NCBI GenBank assembly: GCA_963758915.1
Contig: CAVWXH010000009.1
Coordinates: forward strand, 96,001 to 160,000
DNA length: 64,000 nt
Direction: 5' to 3'
Source of the DNA: an uncultured Methanomicrobiales archaeon
GTDB lineage: Archaea; Halobacteriota; Methanomicrobia; Methanomicrobiales; Methanospirillaceae
Each line of letters starts with the position of its first letter. Position 1 is the stretch's first letter. The notes below the pieces were generated by a model that worked only from the letters and a program-made list of their open reading frames with translations, was not told the origin of the DNA and did not search any database. Below are positions 27,938 to 39,106 of the stretch, one piece after another. A program made the position numbers and the translations under genes.

Positions 27938-28393
27938 TCAGGTACTCTCTGGCGAGGGGATGTAAGAATCCCCCTTGGCCGGCAACACGGGTACATAGCT
28001 ATAGTCAGGTACTAACGAGTATTGTGAGACCCGGTATCCCTGGTAATAAGGCCAGGTTTCTATCCTGAAACTGGCACGTTCCCCGGGATTCATATTCGTA
28101 AGAGTGTCGTAGGTCGACCCGAGCAACGTTCCGTTCGCATCGAAGGTGGTCGCGACCAGGTATACCTTAACAATTGCTGTGGTCCCGGTATTCTGGGCTG
28201 TACCGGTCACGATGTAGGTCCCGCTGTGTTTATTTATTTCGCCGCTCTGGTTAATGACCGTTAAACTCGGAACGGGTCGTGAATCCTTATGAGGTGACGA
28301 GAGCGAAAGCAGAGGGAAGAAAAGGTACAGTACAAGAACCGTGAGAATGATGATACACAGCATCAGGAAGTACAGTACTTTTCTATATTCCAT
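27938..28393 (-). CDS. FxLYD-domain membrane-anchored protein
   Basis: N-terminal TM followed by G...NTG....FDANG.LLG...PGE..F. Confidence 0.75.
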   Translation of the reverse strand: MEYRKVLYFLMLCIIILTVLVLYLFFPLLSLSSPHKDSRPVPSLTVINQSGEINKHSGTYIVTGTAQNTGTTAIVKVYLVATTFDANGTLLGSTYDTLTNMNPGERASFRIETWPYYQGYRVSQYSLVPDYSYVPVLPAKGDSYIPSPEST

Positions 28394-28489
28394 ACTATTC
28401 CGTATGGTTACTCTGATTTATTTATTCCCATTAATCCGCAGGGCTTGATCGTTGCCGGAATTGTTGGATAACAGAATAATCCCTTCAGA

Positions 28490-28873
28490 TTACCGTGTAC
28501 GAATTACCGGGGGGGACAACACTTTTGAAACCACGTCGAAAAGAACAGGAAAACTCACGGGTTTCATGACAAAATGTTCATAGTATTTTCCATACATATG
28601 GATATCATCAGGAGTTGGGGTTTTGCCTGACACCATTATCACCGGAATACGGCAGGAATCCGGATTTTTTTTAAGAGTCATCAGGGTCTGCCAGCCATCC
28701 ATCGGCTCCATCATCACGTCAAGAAGAATCAGGTCCGGGACATATGCCTGGATCATATCAATGCAATCCTGTCCGCCGCCTGCTGTGATCACATGGTAAC
28801 CTTTTCTCCGGAAGAACAGGGAAAATATCGATAAAATATCAGTATTATCGTCCACGAGGCATACGGTCCGCAA
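28490..28873 (-). CDS. single-domain response regulator (REC)
   Basis: VDD, LLDVMM.PMDGW and KP motifs. TTG start. Confidence 0.9.
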   Translation of the reverse strand: MRTVCLVDDNTDILSIFSLFFRRKGYHVITAGGGQDCIDMIQAYVPDLILLDVMMEPMDGWQTLMTLKKNPDSCRIPVIMVSGKTPTPDDIHMYGKYYEHFVMKPVSFPVLFDVVSKVLSPPVIRTR

Positions 28874-28888
28874 TATGGTCCACTCCGA

Positions 28889-29923
28889 TTAATGTGACAG
28901 GAGGCCTTTTTTCTCCTGGCAATCCGGGTTCCCATGGTGATAGTGCTCTATCAGGAACCTCCTGACCTTTTCAGATTCAAGCCAGCCTTGATCGAGCCGG
29001 GTGACAATCGAATCAATAATGGCCACCTGTTCCAGAATTTTATCCTGGAAGGGATTATCTTCGAATTCAATAATCGATTTAATCACCTGGAGCGGGTTCC
29101 TGATCTGGTCATTCAGGATCTGAAACTGTTCATTATTTTTCTCGATCTGCCGGATCCCCTTTTCCCGCAACTTCTCCTCGAAACTTACCCTGTCGGTAAT
29201 ATCCCGGGATACAACAATTACTGCATTAACTTGGTTGTTTTTGCTTTTCATCGGAATCAGAAGGGTTTCGTACCATTCAGTCCCATAGGGTGTCCGTACC
29301 TGGTCCTGGTGGTGAATCTTCTCTCCCCACCAGATTACCCTGGAAATGAAATTGTCGAGCGACGAGATCAACTCCCCTGTCAGCACTTCAAGGTATGGCT
29401 TTCTAAAGACACCGTTCTGGAAATCAGAGCCAAATCGCATCATTACGACACTGTTGGCATACTCGAGGATCCGCTCCCTGTTTACGATGAAGATCATATC
29501 TTCCCCCAGTTCAGCAATCGTGTGATAGCGTTCTTCACTCTTTCTCAGCCTGACTTCAAGGGAGTGTTTCTTGATAACCATATTGATGGTGATCTGCAGT
29601 TTATCCCCTTCAAGCGGCTGGATATAATAATCAAACTGGGGGGGAGGCGTGGTGAACCCGGAACAGCTGCAACTGGAATCAGATGCAATAAGTAGGAGGG
29701 GGATCTCACCATGTTCCCTGATTTTTTCGGCGCAAGGAACCCAGGCGTCTTCGCCATGCTGTGTGATATCAAGGATAATGAGATCGGGCTTAATATGACG
29801 GGCGATTTTCAGGGCACTATCTCCATTATCAACAATAGCCATTACCTCATACCCCATCGCAGATAGAACTGCATGAATCCCTTTCGTGGTAACCGACTCG
29901 TGTTCGATGAGGAGAATGTTCAT
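28889..29923 (-). CDS. atypical REC + PAS + short HisKA-like helix protein
   Basis: PDLIILDI receiver, PAS/PAC (SRDITDR) and C-terminal LNDQIRNPL. No HATPase domain. Confidence 0.8.
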   Translation of the reverse strand: MNILLIEHESVTTKGIHAVLSAMGYEVMAIVDNGDSALKIARHIKPDLIILDITQHGEDAWVPCAEKIREHGEIPLLLIASDSSCSCSGFTTPPPQFDYYIQPLEGDKLQITINMVIKKHSLEVRLRKSEERYHTIAELGEDMIFIVNRERILEYANSVVMMRFGSDFQNGVFRKPYLEVLTGELISSLDNFISRVIWWGEKIHHQDQVRTPYGTEWYETLLIPMKSKNNQVNAVIVVSRDITDRVSFEEKLREKGIRQIEKNNEQFQILNDQIRNPLQVIKSIIEFEDNPFQDKILEQVAIIDSIVTRLDQGWLESEKVRRFLIEHYHHGNPDCQEKKGLLSH

Positions 29924-30212
29924 GCCTGCCACCGTTTGAACCCCCCGTTATGAACCCGGGAGTGCAAATGCAGGGAAAACCATGTCTGGTTCAACCGCCA
30001 TTTCTCCAGGAACGGAGTGTTTTTTAATTTTGGCGTTAATCCAGGGTATTTTAACCTTCTACATTGGTCACTTGACACCCTGAATTTCGAGCCGATGGAC
30101 CTTATTATCCGGATTTAAGATTGCACATCAGTTAATATATTTATCACGTATTTTCAGATTAATCGCTGCGATTAACATTCATTAGAGCGATGAAACTTCG
30201 TCATCAAAACGA

Positions 30213-31184
30213 ATGTTATCCAGTACAGTACCATTTTCTCCTATGGTATATTCCTACGAAGGTAGATCGTTACCCACCCATTGGTATGGGTACGAGATAA
30301 AACAGCGCTTACTTGTATTATTGATTGAATTTCTCAACGCCATCAAATTCAGCTCAGTAATTCTTGCGTTGACCGGGGGTGCCGGGATATATGCCTCCTG
30401 TTTTATACAGGGGATTCCGTGCACTCCGGCCCTGATTGTTGTTATGGTACTGGTATCATTCTCCGTCTACAATCTGAACAGGAAGACAGATGAGAAAGAA
30501 GATGAGATCAACCATAACGAGAGATTTTTATTTACGAAAAAATTTGAAAAGCATCTCTTTTATGCTGCACTGGTTTCATACGCCATTGCACTCTGTATTT
30601 GTTCGTTCCTAGGACCATCAGCCCTCCTTGTCGGACTGATACCAATCGTCAGTGGAATCCTCTATAGTGTACCTCTTTTACCTGAAACCTGGCATTTTCA
30701 CCGGTTAAAAGAGATCCCCCTGATGAAAAACCTCCTTGTTGCCGGTGCATGGGCATTAACACTCTCGCTGCTGCCGGTTTATGCAAACAATCTCCTTCCG
30801 GGTATACCAGTCCTCCTGACCGGGCTGTTTTTCTTTAATTATGTTTTTATGGCATCCGTTCTCCCCGACATCCGTGACAGGGAAGGTGATGCACAGGTGG
30901 GAGTATATACAATACCAGTCATTATGGGGGTAAGAAATACAGAAGCACTACTTACTGGTGTCACGTTACTAATTGGTTGCGGAATACTGTTCTTAGGAAC
31001 CGGGTACCTGCCTGTTCCAGTACTCGTTCTTCTTGGAGCAGGACTCTGTTATATCCAGTTCTGTATCCTTTCCATGGACAGGGTGCTGGATACTAATTTT
31101 GTCTGCGATGTCCTTGCAGATGGGGGATTTATCATAATTGGTGCAATTGCTGCTGTAATACCTCTCATAAGCGGATTTGCCTGA
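30213..31184 (+). CDS. UbiA-family prenyltransferase
   Basis: NRKTDEKED and DIRDREGD Asp-rich motifs, LKEIP..KN, multiple TM helices. Confidence 0.85.
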   Translation: MLSSTVPFSPMVYSYEGRSLPTHWYGYEIKQRLLVLLIEFLNAIKFSSVILALTGGAGIYASCFIQGIPCTPALIVVMVLVSFSVYNLNRKTDEKEDEINHNERFLFTKKFEKHLFYAALVSYAIALCICSFLGPSALLVGLIPIVSGILYSVPLLPETWHFHRLKEIPLMKNLLVAGAWALTLSLLPVYANNLLPGIPVLLTGLFFFNYVFMASVLPDIRDREGDAQVGVYTIPVIMGVRNTEALLTGVTLLIGCGILFLGTGYLPVPVLVLLGAGLCYIQFCILSMDRVLDTNFVCDVLADGGFIIIGAIAAVIPLISGFA

Positions 31185-31378
31185 AAGGTCGTTGGCCGGG
31201 GATTCCCGGCTCCAAAAATTATTAAATTTTCCCATACGCACCAAAAGACCAGGTAATTGGTATGATGCAAGATTTGGTACATTGTTCATCTCACCGGATA
31301 CGCAGATTATTTAAAGTTGTTGTCCTGATCAAATGATATTTACCGTTAAAAACGGAAATGGTAAATTCACTCAGGTGC

Positions 31379-32221
31379 ATGATGAACCCACTCGACTCCT
31401 ATGAGCTGTACCAGAAAAGTATCCATTCAATTTTCAGTTCACGACTGAAAATCCAGATTCTTTTATCGCTCCTTGTGGAACATCCTCCCCTTTCAAGGCT
31501 CCGTGAAATAACAGGGAGCACGTCGCAGGCATTGATACCCAAAATCCGGAACCTTGAGTCACAGATGCTTATTGAATCAAGAAATTCTGAGTACTTTCTC
31601 ACACCCCTTGGAAAAGCTGTGGCCGTGGAAGTATCGAAATTTGTCAACATCATGAGTGGGATCAGCAGCCATAAGGAATTCTGGGCTATTCACGATCTTT
31701 CTGGAATTCCTGAAGAATTTCTGGAGAGAATTGGGGAACTGCAGGATTCTGAAGTCAAGCTCGATACCCAGGTGGATATTATGCATGTCTACTCCCATTT
31801 CTTGAAAATTGTCAGGGAGGCAGCCTATATCCATGGAATTTCATCAATTATGAGCCCCGGACTGGCGGAAACGGTTGCAGAAAGGGTCGTGGCAGGGGTC
31901 CCGGTAGAACTTGTTGTAAGCAGGCAGGTGATCAGCCTTCTTGGCAAAGAACCCTATATCGGGCAGATAAAACAGCTGTTCCAGTTCCAGAATTTCAAGA
32001 TATGGGTAACCGGTGAAGACCTGAAAGTAGGGATTACGGTGACCGACAAATACCTCTCGGTAGGTCTGTTCAAAAATGACAGCAACCAGTATGACAGCTC
32101 TACCGACCTTTTCAGCCAGGGACGCGAGGCAATCGTCTGGGGTGAGGACTTGTTCAGGTATTACCGGGACCGTTCCGTCCTTCTCGATATCAGTACGGGA
32201 TTCCCGCCAGAAGAACCCTGA
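31379..32221 (+). CDS. winged-helix transcriptional regulator, FilR1/DUF1724 type
   Basis: N-terminal wHTH, FWxxHDLSGIP, VTDKYL and WGEDLF.YY motifs. Confidence 0.85.
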   Translation: MMNPLDSYELYQKSIHSIFSSRLKIQILLSLLVEHPPLSRLREITGSTSQALIPKIRNLESQMLIESRNSEYFLTPLGKAVAVEVSKFVNIMSGISSHKEFWAIHDLSGIPEEFLERIGELQDSEVKLDTQVDIMHVYSHFLKIVREAAYIHGISSIMSPGLAETVAERVVAGVPVELVVSRQVISLLGKEPYIGQIKQLFQFQNFKIWVTGEDLKVGITVTDKYLSVGLFKNDSNQYDSSTDLFSQGREAIVWGEDLFRYYRDRSVLLDISTGFPPEEP

Positions 32222-32453
32222 TGCAAAACGTAACTGCGAAGGTATCGTAAATGATACCGTACTATCAGCCGGTATTTTGGAAGTTCAGGCGACGTCGGGC
32301 ATTTTAATACAGGGTTACAGAAGCAGGCATGAGTAAATCTGGCGGCTCGTTATGGAATTAAAGTAACCATCGCATTCCATTTACTGATTTTATCATTCTG
32401 ACAGTATTCCGTATAGCACCCTTTATTTCCTGGAACATTTGTGCCATACGCTT

Positions 32454-32951
32454 TTATGCCCTGAACTGTTCCATCTCAAGCCAGAGCCGGTACATCCGTT
32501 TTCGTATCTTCCGCGGTAAGGCGAATGCATCCATCAGGTCCTGCTCTATCGATATCCGACGTTTTCCGCCTGCAAGGTTATCGGCATTGGTGATAATCCT
32601 CTCCTCCAGGGTTACTGGCATACAGTCTATTGGAAGAAGACCGAGCAGCGTGCATTCATCGGCAGTCAGTCCTGCACCCGTATGGCATTCAACAATACGT
32701 GCCACTGATTCAGGCTGCCCAAGTCCCCTGCATATCGCTGCTCCTGCCTGTGCGTGCCCAATGGAATGTGTCCGTGAACGCCCGATGTCATGCAGAACCG
32801 ACCCGGCAAGAACAAGATCCGGGTCTGCCGGGGAGCCCTCATGCACGTATTCCATCGCAATGGCGCTTACCGTCCTGCAATGGGCAATTACTTTCGGACT
32901 GCACCCTTCCCGGACAAGCAGTCCTTCAAAAAAAAGGGCGTCGTTATGCAT
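32454..32951 (-). CDS. HD-domain protein (TIGR00295-like)
   Basis: VIAHC, LHDIGRS, H.GAG and ADN motifs. Adjacent to tfe. Confidence 0.88.
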   Translation of the reverse strand: MHNDALFFEGLLVREGCSPKVIAHCRTVSAIAMEYVHEGSPADPDLVLAGSVLHDIGRSRTHSIGHAQAGAAICRGLGQPESVARIVECHTGAGLTADECTLLGLLPIDCMPVTLEERIITNADNLAGGKRRISIEQDLMDAFALPRKIRKRMYRLWLEMEQFRA

Positions 32952-33456
32952 GCCCAAGCGTCTGTTTCATGGTATTGATACGCTTTTTGAGAGCGCGGAG
33001 GAGCATATCATTATCAAAATGAGCCATCTGCTGGTCACAGTCGGGACAGATAAAATTGACATCAATCGCCTGGTTAAAGGTGCAGATGATCCCACAGGTC
33101 TTGCAGATATAGAAGTCATTCTCTTCCTCAAACCGTGCGCGTGCCTCGAGCTTGTCGAGTACCCGTTCAAGGTCCTCACGGATCGCATCGTAAATGGTAT
33201 CCATCCTGAGCTGCCAGAGGTAAGTGAGCCATCCGGTCTCGTTATTCTTAATCCTCCGGTATTCCGCGAGCCGCTTCTCATAGAGGGTGTAAAGGGTGTG
33301 GCGTACCGAGTTTAAGTTGATGCCTGTCTTTGCAGCAAGGTCTTCGTCACTGTATTCGTTATTATCGGGATATTTTGAAAGCAGGTCAAGCCCTTCCTCA
33401 CCTATTATGCGTAGCAGGTATGCACGGATTGCCAGGTTACTCAGTAATTCTTCCAT
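32944..33456 (-). CDS. tfe: transcription factor E (TFE)
   Basis: wHTH with VRHTLYTLYE and GWLTYLW, plus a CxxC...CPxC Zn ribbon. Confidence 0.95.
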   Translation of the reverse strand: MEELLSNLAIRAYLLRIIGEEGLDLLSKYPDNNEYSDEDLAAKTGINLNSVRHTLYTLYEKRLAEYRRIKNNETGWLTYLWQLRMDTIYDAIREDLERVLDKLEARARFEEENDFYICKTCGIICTFNQAIDVNFICPDCDQQMAHFDNDMLLRALKKRINTMKQTLGHA

Positions 33457-34565
33457 CAGGACGTCCTTCCTATATATTGCTGCACAGTGCTAATATGTTT
33501 ATCCAGCATCAATATTGCGTCTCTGCGCGACGGGCCCCACCCGTAAACACTGACTATTGCACCGCCTTTTTCTACCACTGAGCCCTTCCACGGGACGTCT
33601 GCAACAAAAGAAAGCGAACTGACGTCATGTCCCACCAGGAGGTCGTCCCGGGCAAACAGAATTTTTCGCACCGCAAATTGCCGGGGTTCCGGCATTTTTT
33701 CAGGGATCCTGCCTTCACATGCAGCAACATGGAGTGAAAACAGGTTAATCCCGGTTGCCATTTCCACCGTGTCAACAGTCCCCTGGAACCGGGGGTTCAC
33801 CTCAATCAGGTAAGGTTTCTCACCGACGACAAAATCAACCCCGATTGTCCCAACACATCCCGAAGCCGAGGCTATTTTCTCTGCATGCCTCACCATCTCA
33901 TCCACATGAGGATGGATAAACGGTGTAACCGACCCCGAGAACCCATACGCGGCATCTTCTCCTCCCCTGAGCAGCTGCTCGTTTACCGCAACCGCCCTTG
34001 CGCGGGTACCGTCGGTTACGCAGCAGACTGATGCAGGGGTACCATGTACGACCTCCTGCCAGAGCGCCGGCGGCTCATCGAGGTCTTCTTTCCATTTGAG
34101 CCATTCATCATCGTTATGCAGTACCGCATTACGCCAACCCCCGGAACCGCTTCTTGGTTTTACCATCGCGGGATAGGTCCGTTCCGGAAATGTCGCAGGG
34201 ACAGGTACTCCTGTTTCCAGAAAAAAACGGGATGTCAGGCTCTTATCGAGGAACGTTGCTGCCCTCTCCGGGGCCGGGCCATACCGTGGAATTCCGACCG
34301 GCAGCCTCTCGGCCCCGGAGGTCGGGACAAAAATATCACACTCGTGTCGTGCCGACATCTGCTCAATCGCAGCGGGTAACGAATCGAGGTCGTCAAAAGA
34401 TAGGCAGTCATCTGCATACCGGGACAGGTCGCGGTCACAGAAGTGATCGACCGTGCATACCCGGTACCCTGCAGCATGCGCTGAACAGGCCACGTGACGC
34501 GTGGTAAACCCTGCAATCAGTACACGCCGGTTCAGAGGCTTTCTGTCTGTTTTCCTTCCCCACAT
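33456..34565 (-). CDS. ATP-grasp domain protein (COG2232-like)
   Basis: VKP..GSGG, QE, GVDF and IEVNPRFQG motifs. The start may be CTG at 34535. Confidence 0.85.
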   Translation of the reverse strand: MWGRKTDRKPLNRRVLIAGFTTRHVACSAHAAGYRVCTVDHFCDRDLSRYADDCLSFDDLDSLPAAIEQMSARHECDIFVPTSGAERLPVGIPRYGPAPERAATFLDKSLTSRFFLETGVPVPATFPERTYPAMVKPRSGSGGWRNAVLHNDDEWLKWKEDLDEPPALWQEVVHGTPASVCCVTDGTRARAVAVNEQLLRGGEDAAYGFSGSVTPFIHPHVDEMVRHAEKIASASGCVGTIGVDFVVGEKPYLIEVNPRFQGTVDTVEMATGINLFSLHVAACEGRIPEKMPEPRQFAVRKILFARDDLLVGHDVSSLSFVADVPWKGSVVEKGGAIVSVYGWGPSRRDAILMLDKHISTVQQYIGRTS

Positions 34566-35053
34566 GGGACAACCCTGATCCTGGCACCCGGAAACTCGGC
34601 TGAAAGTTCCGACCCTTCGAATAGCCGGTCTAAAAACACCGCAAGGCTTGCGATCTCGGAGTGGGGCTGGCTGGTGACCGAGATATTCCAGTCAGCAAGC
34701 CCGTACACCTCTCCCGGGACCTTCTCTGCCCCGACGACCACGAGCAGTTTGCCTGCACCCCGGATCTCCATCTCATGCTCTCGTAGCGGGAGGCCGTACA
34801 TCGTCAGGTGGACCACTTTCCCACCACTTTTCTGCCATTCTTCGATACAACGGCGCCATTTAACCTTATCTTCAATAAAGAAATTTCCCCCCCACTGCTC
34901 CACGACCCTGGTGATGCTCCGGACAATGCCGCTGTCCTGCCCGGCAAGGTACATACCCTTCGCGCCAAGCGCACGCGAAAGTAACCCCACGTGAGTCGTC
35001 ACCCTCTGGTCACGTTCCGGACGGTGACCAAGCCGCAGGACGACGACCTCCAT
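34532..35053 (-). CDS. trm56: tRNA (cytidine(56)-2'-O)-methyltransferase
   Basis: [29 protein letters not shown] and QPHSEI motifs. Confidence 0.95.
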   Translation of the reverse strand: MEVVVLRLGHRPERDQRVTTHVGLLSRALGAKGMYLAGQDSGIVRSITRVVEQWGGNFFIEDKVKWRRCIEEWQKSGGKVVHLTMYGLPLREHEMEIRGAGKLLVVVGAEKVPGEVYGLADWNISVTSQPHSEIASLAVFLDRLFEGSELSAEFPGARIRVVPCGEGKQTESL

Positions 35054-35054
35054 A

Positions 35055-35339
35055 TTATAGCTCCGTTTTTTTCACTTTTATCACGCCGTCCTCGATGACG
35101 ACGGGGATGTCCTGCCCGTACCGGCACTGGCAACGGAAAAGCATCTCCGGTATTGATATCACATCGTAGTTGCCGTCCCGGCATTCGATAAGAAGATTCG
35201 ACTTCAGTCTGATGAGCGATGCACTGATATCCCCGGCTGACAACCCTGTTTCCCGGACGATTGACCCTTCTGTTTTCGCACCCCCGTTTGAAAGGATATG
35301 GTAAACTATCCAGTCAATGTCCTCATCTTTCACTGGCAT
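35055..35339 (-). CDS. small wHTH protein
   Basis: wHTH-like pattern. Stop lies 1 nt before the trm56 start. Confidence 0.7.
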   Translation of the reverse strand: MPVKDEDIDWIVYHILSNGGAKTEGSIVRETGLSAGDISASLIRLKSNLLIECRDGNYDVISIPEMLFRCQCRYGQDIPVVIEDGVIKVKKTEL

Positions 35340-35417
35340 GTATTGCACCCGTTACAGGTTATAGCTTTTCTGGTTATACCATGACTTTTTTCTTGTCAGG
35401 CTGTGATATCAATGTGA

Positions 35418-35828
35418 ATGACTGCCGGTTCCCAGGGGAATTCCTACCGCGATCTTGCAATAATTGCGGAAAGACTTTTTATGCAGAGTAATGATGACGA
35501 GGAGCAGCTCGCGTCAGCACTCGACTCTGTTGATGATGAAATCAGGCGGGACCTCCTTGCTTCTGACCTCCTGAATGCCTACCAGGTGTTTTACTACCAT
35601 TTCCGGGAATTTCCCGGTGAACTGGTGAAGGAACGACTGTTGTTATTGCCTGCCTCGGCACTCTCCCACGGTGTAGTCCTGCTGGAGATCGATTATGTTG
35701 AGGTCGTTTTTCAGGTGGAGCAGGGGGATCCGGTAATCGCCCTTCATGATGAGGGCCAGGTGATAGCAAATTACCATGGTAAGGATGCCTATCAGAGCGC
35801 GATGCAGTTTATCGATGACAGTTATTGA
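35418..35828 (+). CDS. conserved hypothetical acidic protein
   Basis: Protein-like composition (SDLLNAYQVFYYHF) and fills the intergenic gap. Start uncertain. Confidence 0.6.
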   Translation: MTAGSQGNSYRDLAIIAERLFMQSNDDEEQLASALDSVDDEIRRDLLASDLLNAYQVFYYHFREFPGELVKERLLLLPASALSHGVVLLEIDYVEVVFQVEQGDPVIALHDEGQVIANYHGKDAYQSAMQFIDDSY

Positions 35829-36036
35829 TACCGTATGTGCATTTCTATGGCTCTGACAAGGGGTAGCAGGTCGCTTGTCCGGACCGGGAATAAAAAAGTT
35901 GAAATGCCGGAGCAGATTACCTGATAACAGGGAAGGCCCTGTATCACCGCTATATCACAGCTGGCAACTAAAACAGGGACCGGGTATCCGTATAATTGTT
36001 CAAATCTATCATGAACTGGAACATAAAAGAGGGCTG

Positions 36037-36756
36037 ATGGTGCGTGAAATGCTGTTAAAAGGAGTATTCGGGGTCTTGCTCCTTATCGGTATCATGGTTG
36101 CCGGATGTGCAACTATTAACCAGGACGGTTCAGTGCCTGTCCACACACTGAACCTGAGCCCGGATACAAATCCTGTACCAAAGCCGACTCTCTATATCGT
36201 AAATAAGATCCCATTCAGCTCGCTCCCGGACGTAACAATTGAACCAATTCCAGGAATGATTGTAAACATCAGCAGCTCAAACAAATCGCTGCAGATCGAG
36301 CCGCGTAATGATACCCCGATAACACTCCCGCCGGTATCAGAAAAGCCCCTGTTCACCACGTTCCATGCAGGAGAGAGTGCAAACGACGGAAATACCCGCA
36401 TCACGCTGAATTCCGTGATGTATAACAAGTCCTTTGGTCTCGAACCATACAACCAGCATGGGGAATTCAGCAGTTACCGGCCTGGTTACCAGCTGGTGTT
36501 GCTTAATGTCACCATCCGTGACCTCACCGAGGGAGAACCGGGTAGTGAATCCCTTTTCAATGGTATAATAATAAAAGATCCCAAGGGTCAGCGTTATATC
36601 CCCGGACTCTCGATTATCACCAACGATACTGAGGGGAATAACGACAGGACCGGGTACCTGTTCTACGAGGTGCCGGATAACACAGCCGGGATAACCCTTG
36701 ATTACCATTTTCCGGGTGCAATCGGGGTAGTAGCAAAATTCGAACTCAGTAAGTAA
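36037..36756 (+). CDS. lipoprotein with DUF4352-like C-terminal domain
   Basis: Lipobox VAGC, then V+LNVTI, D..G..Y and G.L.YEVP. Confidence 0.7.
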   Translation: MVREMLLKGVFGVLLLIGIMVAGCATINQDGSVPVHTLNLSPDTNPVPKPTLYIVNKIPFSSLPDVTIEPIPGMIVNISSSNKSLQIEPRNDTPITLPPVSEKPLFTTFHAGESANDGNTRITLNSVMYNKSFGLEPYNQHGEFSSYRPGYQLVLLNVTIRDLTEGEPGSESLFNGIIIKDPKGQRYIPGLSIITNDTEGNNDRTGYLFYEVPDNTAGITLDYHFPGAIGVVAKFELSK

Positions 36757-36833
36757 GAATTTTTTTGGTGAGAGATGAGATATTCATAGCCCCCATCAAT
36801 CAGGTACACCCTGTTTGAGCCGAACTGCTGGCT

Positions 36834-37550
36834 TCATTGGATATTCCGGCCAGCCGTAATCAGGTCTTTTTTAACATTTGCCCTGACAAGAGGGGGTAAC
36901 ACACCATAACTATTCGTCCAATCACCGAAGACCGAAAAAACCCCGCTGACCTCCTCAGGGTTGATACGCAGTAAGACTGATGTATCACCCGGGCGTATCT
37001 CGTTGCAGACAGCGGTTGCCCAGGCATCTGCAAGCGCAACGTCGTGTGAGAAGACGGTTACTGCATCAGCTATCCCAAAAGATATTGAAGGGCCGACGGT
37101 CGCTGACGAGGTGCAAATCCCGATAATTTCGCTCGTCGGAGGCACCGCGAAAGCCACCCGGTCACTCAGCGGGGAGTTACCGGCATGAACCCCGATGAGG
37201 ATCTCCTGGTCAGAAAAGAGTGCGATATCACCCCCATTATCAACCACGCCCATCCCTGCGCCGGCTTCCTTCATCGCTTCGATCCCGGACCAGGCAATTG
37301 CCCCTGCAACCGCAGCCATCGGGCCGACACCGGCCTTCTCAGCCGCCGACACCATGCGTAACACAACAGGTTCGTCAGATCCGGGGGTATAGGGCTCAAA
37401 TGTTGCCCCGAAAAAAGGATCCCCTGCAATACAGCGCTCCACGGCCTGCCGGGCCCTGACAATTCCTTCCACTGCTGCATCGATGTGGGACTGCTCATCG
37501 GCAAGGATAGTCGTAATCGTCTCACGCAGTTCGAAGTGGTGGCGGATCAT
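36834..37550 (-). CDS. UPF0280/COG2122 ApbE-like protein (MA1715-like, sulfide assimilation)
   Basis: VGPMAAVAGAIA, DNGGDIA and CTSSATVGPSISFG motifs. Confidence 0.9.
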   Translation of the reverse strand: MIRHHFELRETITTILADEQSHIDAAVEGIVRARQAVERCIAGDPFFGATFEPYTPGSDEPVVLRMVSAAEKAGVGPMAAVAGAIAWSGIEAMKEAGAGMGVVDNGGDIALFSDQEILIGVHAGNSPLSDRVAFAVPPTSEIIGICTSSATVGPSISFGIADAVTVFSHDVALADAWATAVCNEIRPGDTSVLLRINPEEVSGVFSVFGDWTNSYGVLPPLVRANVKKDLITAGRNIQ

Positions 37551-37734
37551 GTTCTTTTCAGCAGGTACCAGTTTGCAATCAGTATTATTGTAGGTTTGGG
37601 AGATACAATGCCTTATCCCTGGTAAATGGTAGAAACGAATGCCCCATGGTACCCCGGTAAAACACCGATCTCCATACCCTGTCACTCAGGCTCTAAATGT
37701 ATATAGATAAAAGATGAAGGACTTCTGAACAGCA

Positions 37735-39106
37735 ATGGTGATGGGATGGAGGTACCGCCCGTTGAAGAAATGGGGGCACCTGTGCAGGGAGCAGGACCAG
37801 TATATGCTCATGCTCCGGGTCGACGACTGGAAACTTGGCCGGAAAACAGCGGTTTTCCGTTCACTGGTGCCGGATTTCTACGCATTCCCTCCTTTTCCTC
37901 ACATCACGTTATATGGACCGTTCCTGACAACTGCCGGGGAGGCCCCGGAAGCGGTGTATAACGCCATAGAATCAGCATGCAGAAGGAATTCCCGGCCTTT
38001 CCTTCAACCTCTCAGGATATCTCCGCCTTAAAGGCCGCATAGGACAGGCGGTTACCCACCGTGTCGTTCCCTCTGACGATTTTATCAGATTTCATAACCG
38101 GCTCTGGCATTCACTCGCTGCTATCACCCGCAGCCTGAGCTGGATCGACCGGGCCACCTCAATACGGCAGTTCCACATCACCCACGCTTACAACCTCAGG
38201 ACCCGCGATGCGGACCTGATCTGTAAGACCGTGAAAACATCCCAGTCTATTGCAGGTGATACTGGTATCACACGGGTTCAGGACAAAAATAATGAGGAAA
38301 ATCTTCTGTTAAATGCGAAAAAACCTCTAATAATTCCCGACTACGCCCCGCTTACCTCACTTCGGATCATTCTCCTGAAAAATGGAGTTGTTGATAGGGA
38401 ATTCGATCTTCCTGCCCATGAATGGCTCAACAGGCAACTGGTGTTTAACCGGAACAGGACTGCCGTATCCCTGATGCAGTACCGCAAGCTCGCCGGGCTT
38501 GAACTTGCGACGCACCCGGAACCGTTGGAAAAACCTCCATTCATATTGTCAGACCTGCATCTCGGCCATTACAATATAATCAGGTATTGCAGGAGACCGT
38601 TTTCAAATGCTGGTGAAATGGACCGTGTGCTCATCGGCAACTGGAACCAGACCATTGGTGAAGCAGACGAGGTCATATACCTTGGGGACTTACGTTACAG
38701 CCCCGAGGCCCCTCCGTCATCAGAATACCTTACCCGTATGAACGGCAGGGTAACGATGATACGTGGAAATCACGATGCCGATATCCCGGATGCAATCCCA
38801 TATCTTCGGATCAACTATAACGGGGATGAATTCCTCTTCATCCATGACCCGGACGATGCACCACCGGGTTTTACCGGATGGGTAGTACATGGTCATTACC
38901 ATAATAACGACGTTGAACACTTCCCTTTCATCAACGTTGAGACCCGGCATGTTAATGTAAGTTGTGAACTGACCGGTTACCGGCCCGTCAGCCTTGAAAC
39001 AATTCATACCCTTATACGGGAATATTCAGACCTGGGGAACCTGGCAATAATGCCGGGTGCCGGAGGTGCAGTAACAAAGAGGCCTGTACAGCCGGAAATC
39101 CGGTGA
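37735..39106 (+). pseudogene. 2H-phosphoesterase (2'-5' RNA ligase-like) fused to calcineurin-like metallophosphoesterase; apparent +1 frameshift at about 37980
   Basis: PHITL lies in frame 1. Frame 2 is open from about 37980 through FHITH into SDLHLGH, LGD, GNHD and HGHYH. Confidence 0.75.
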
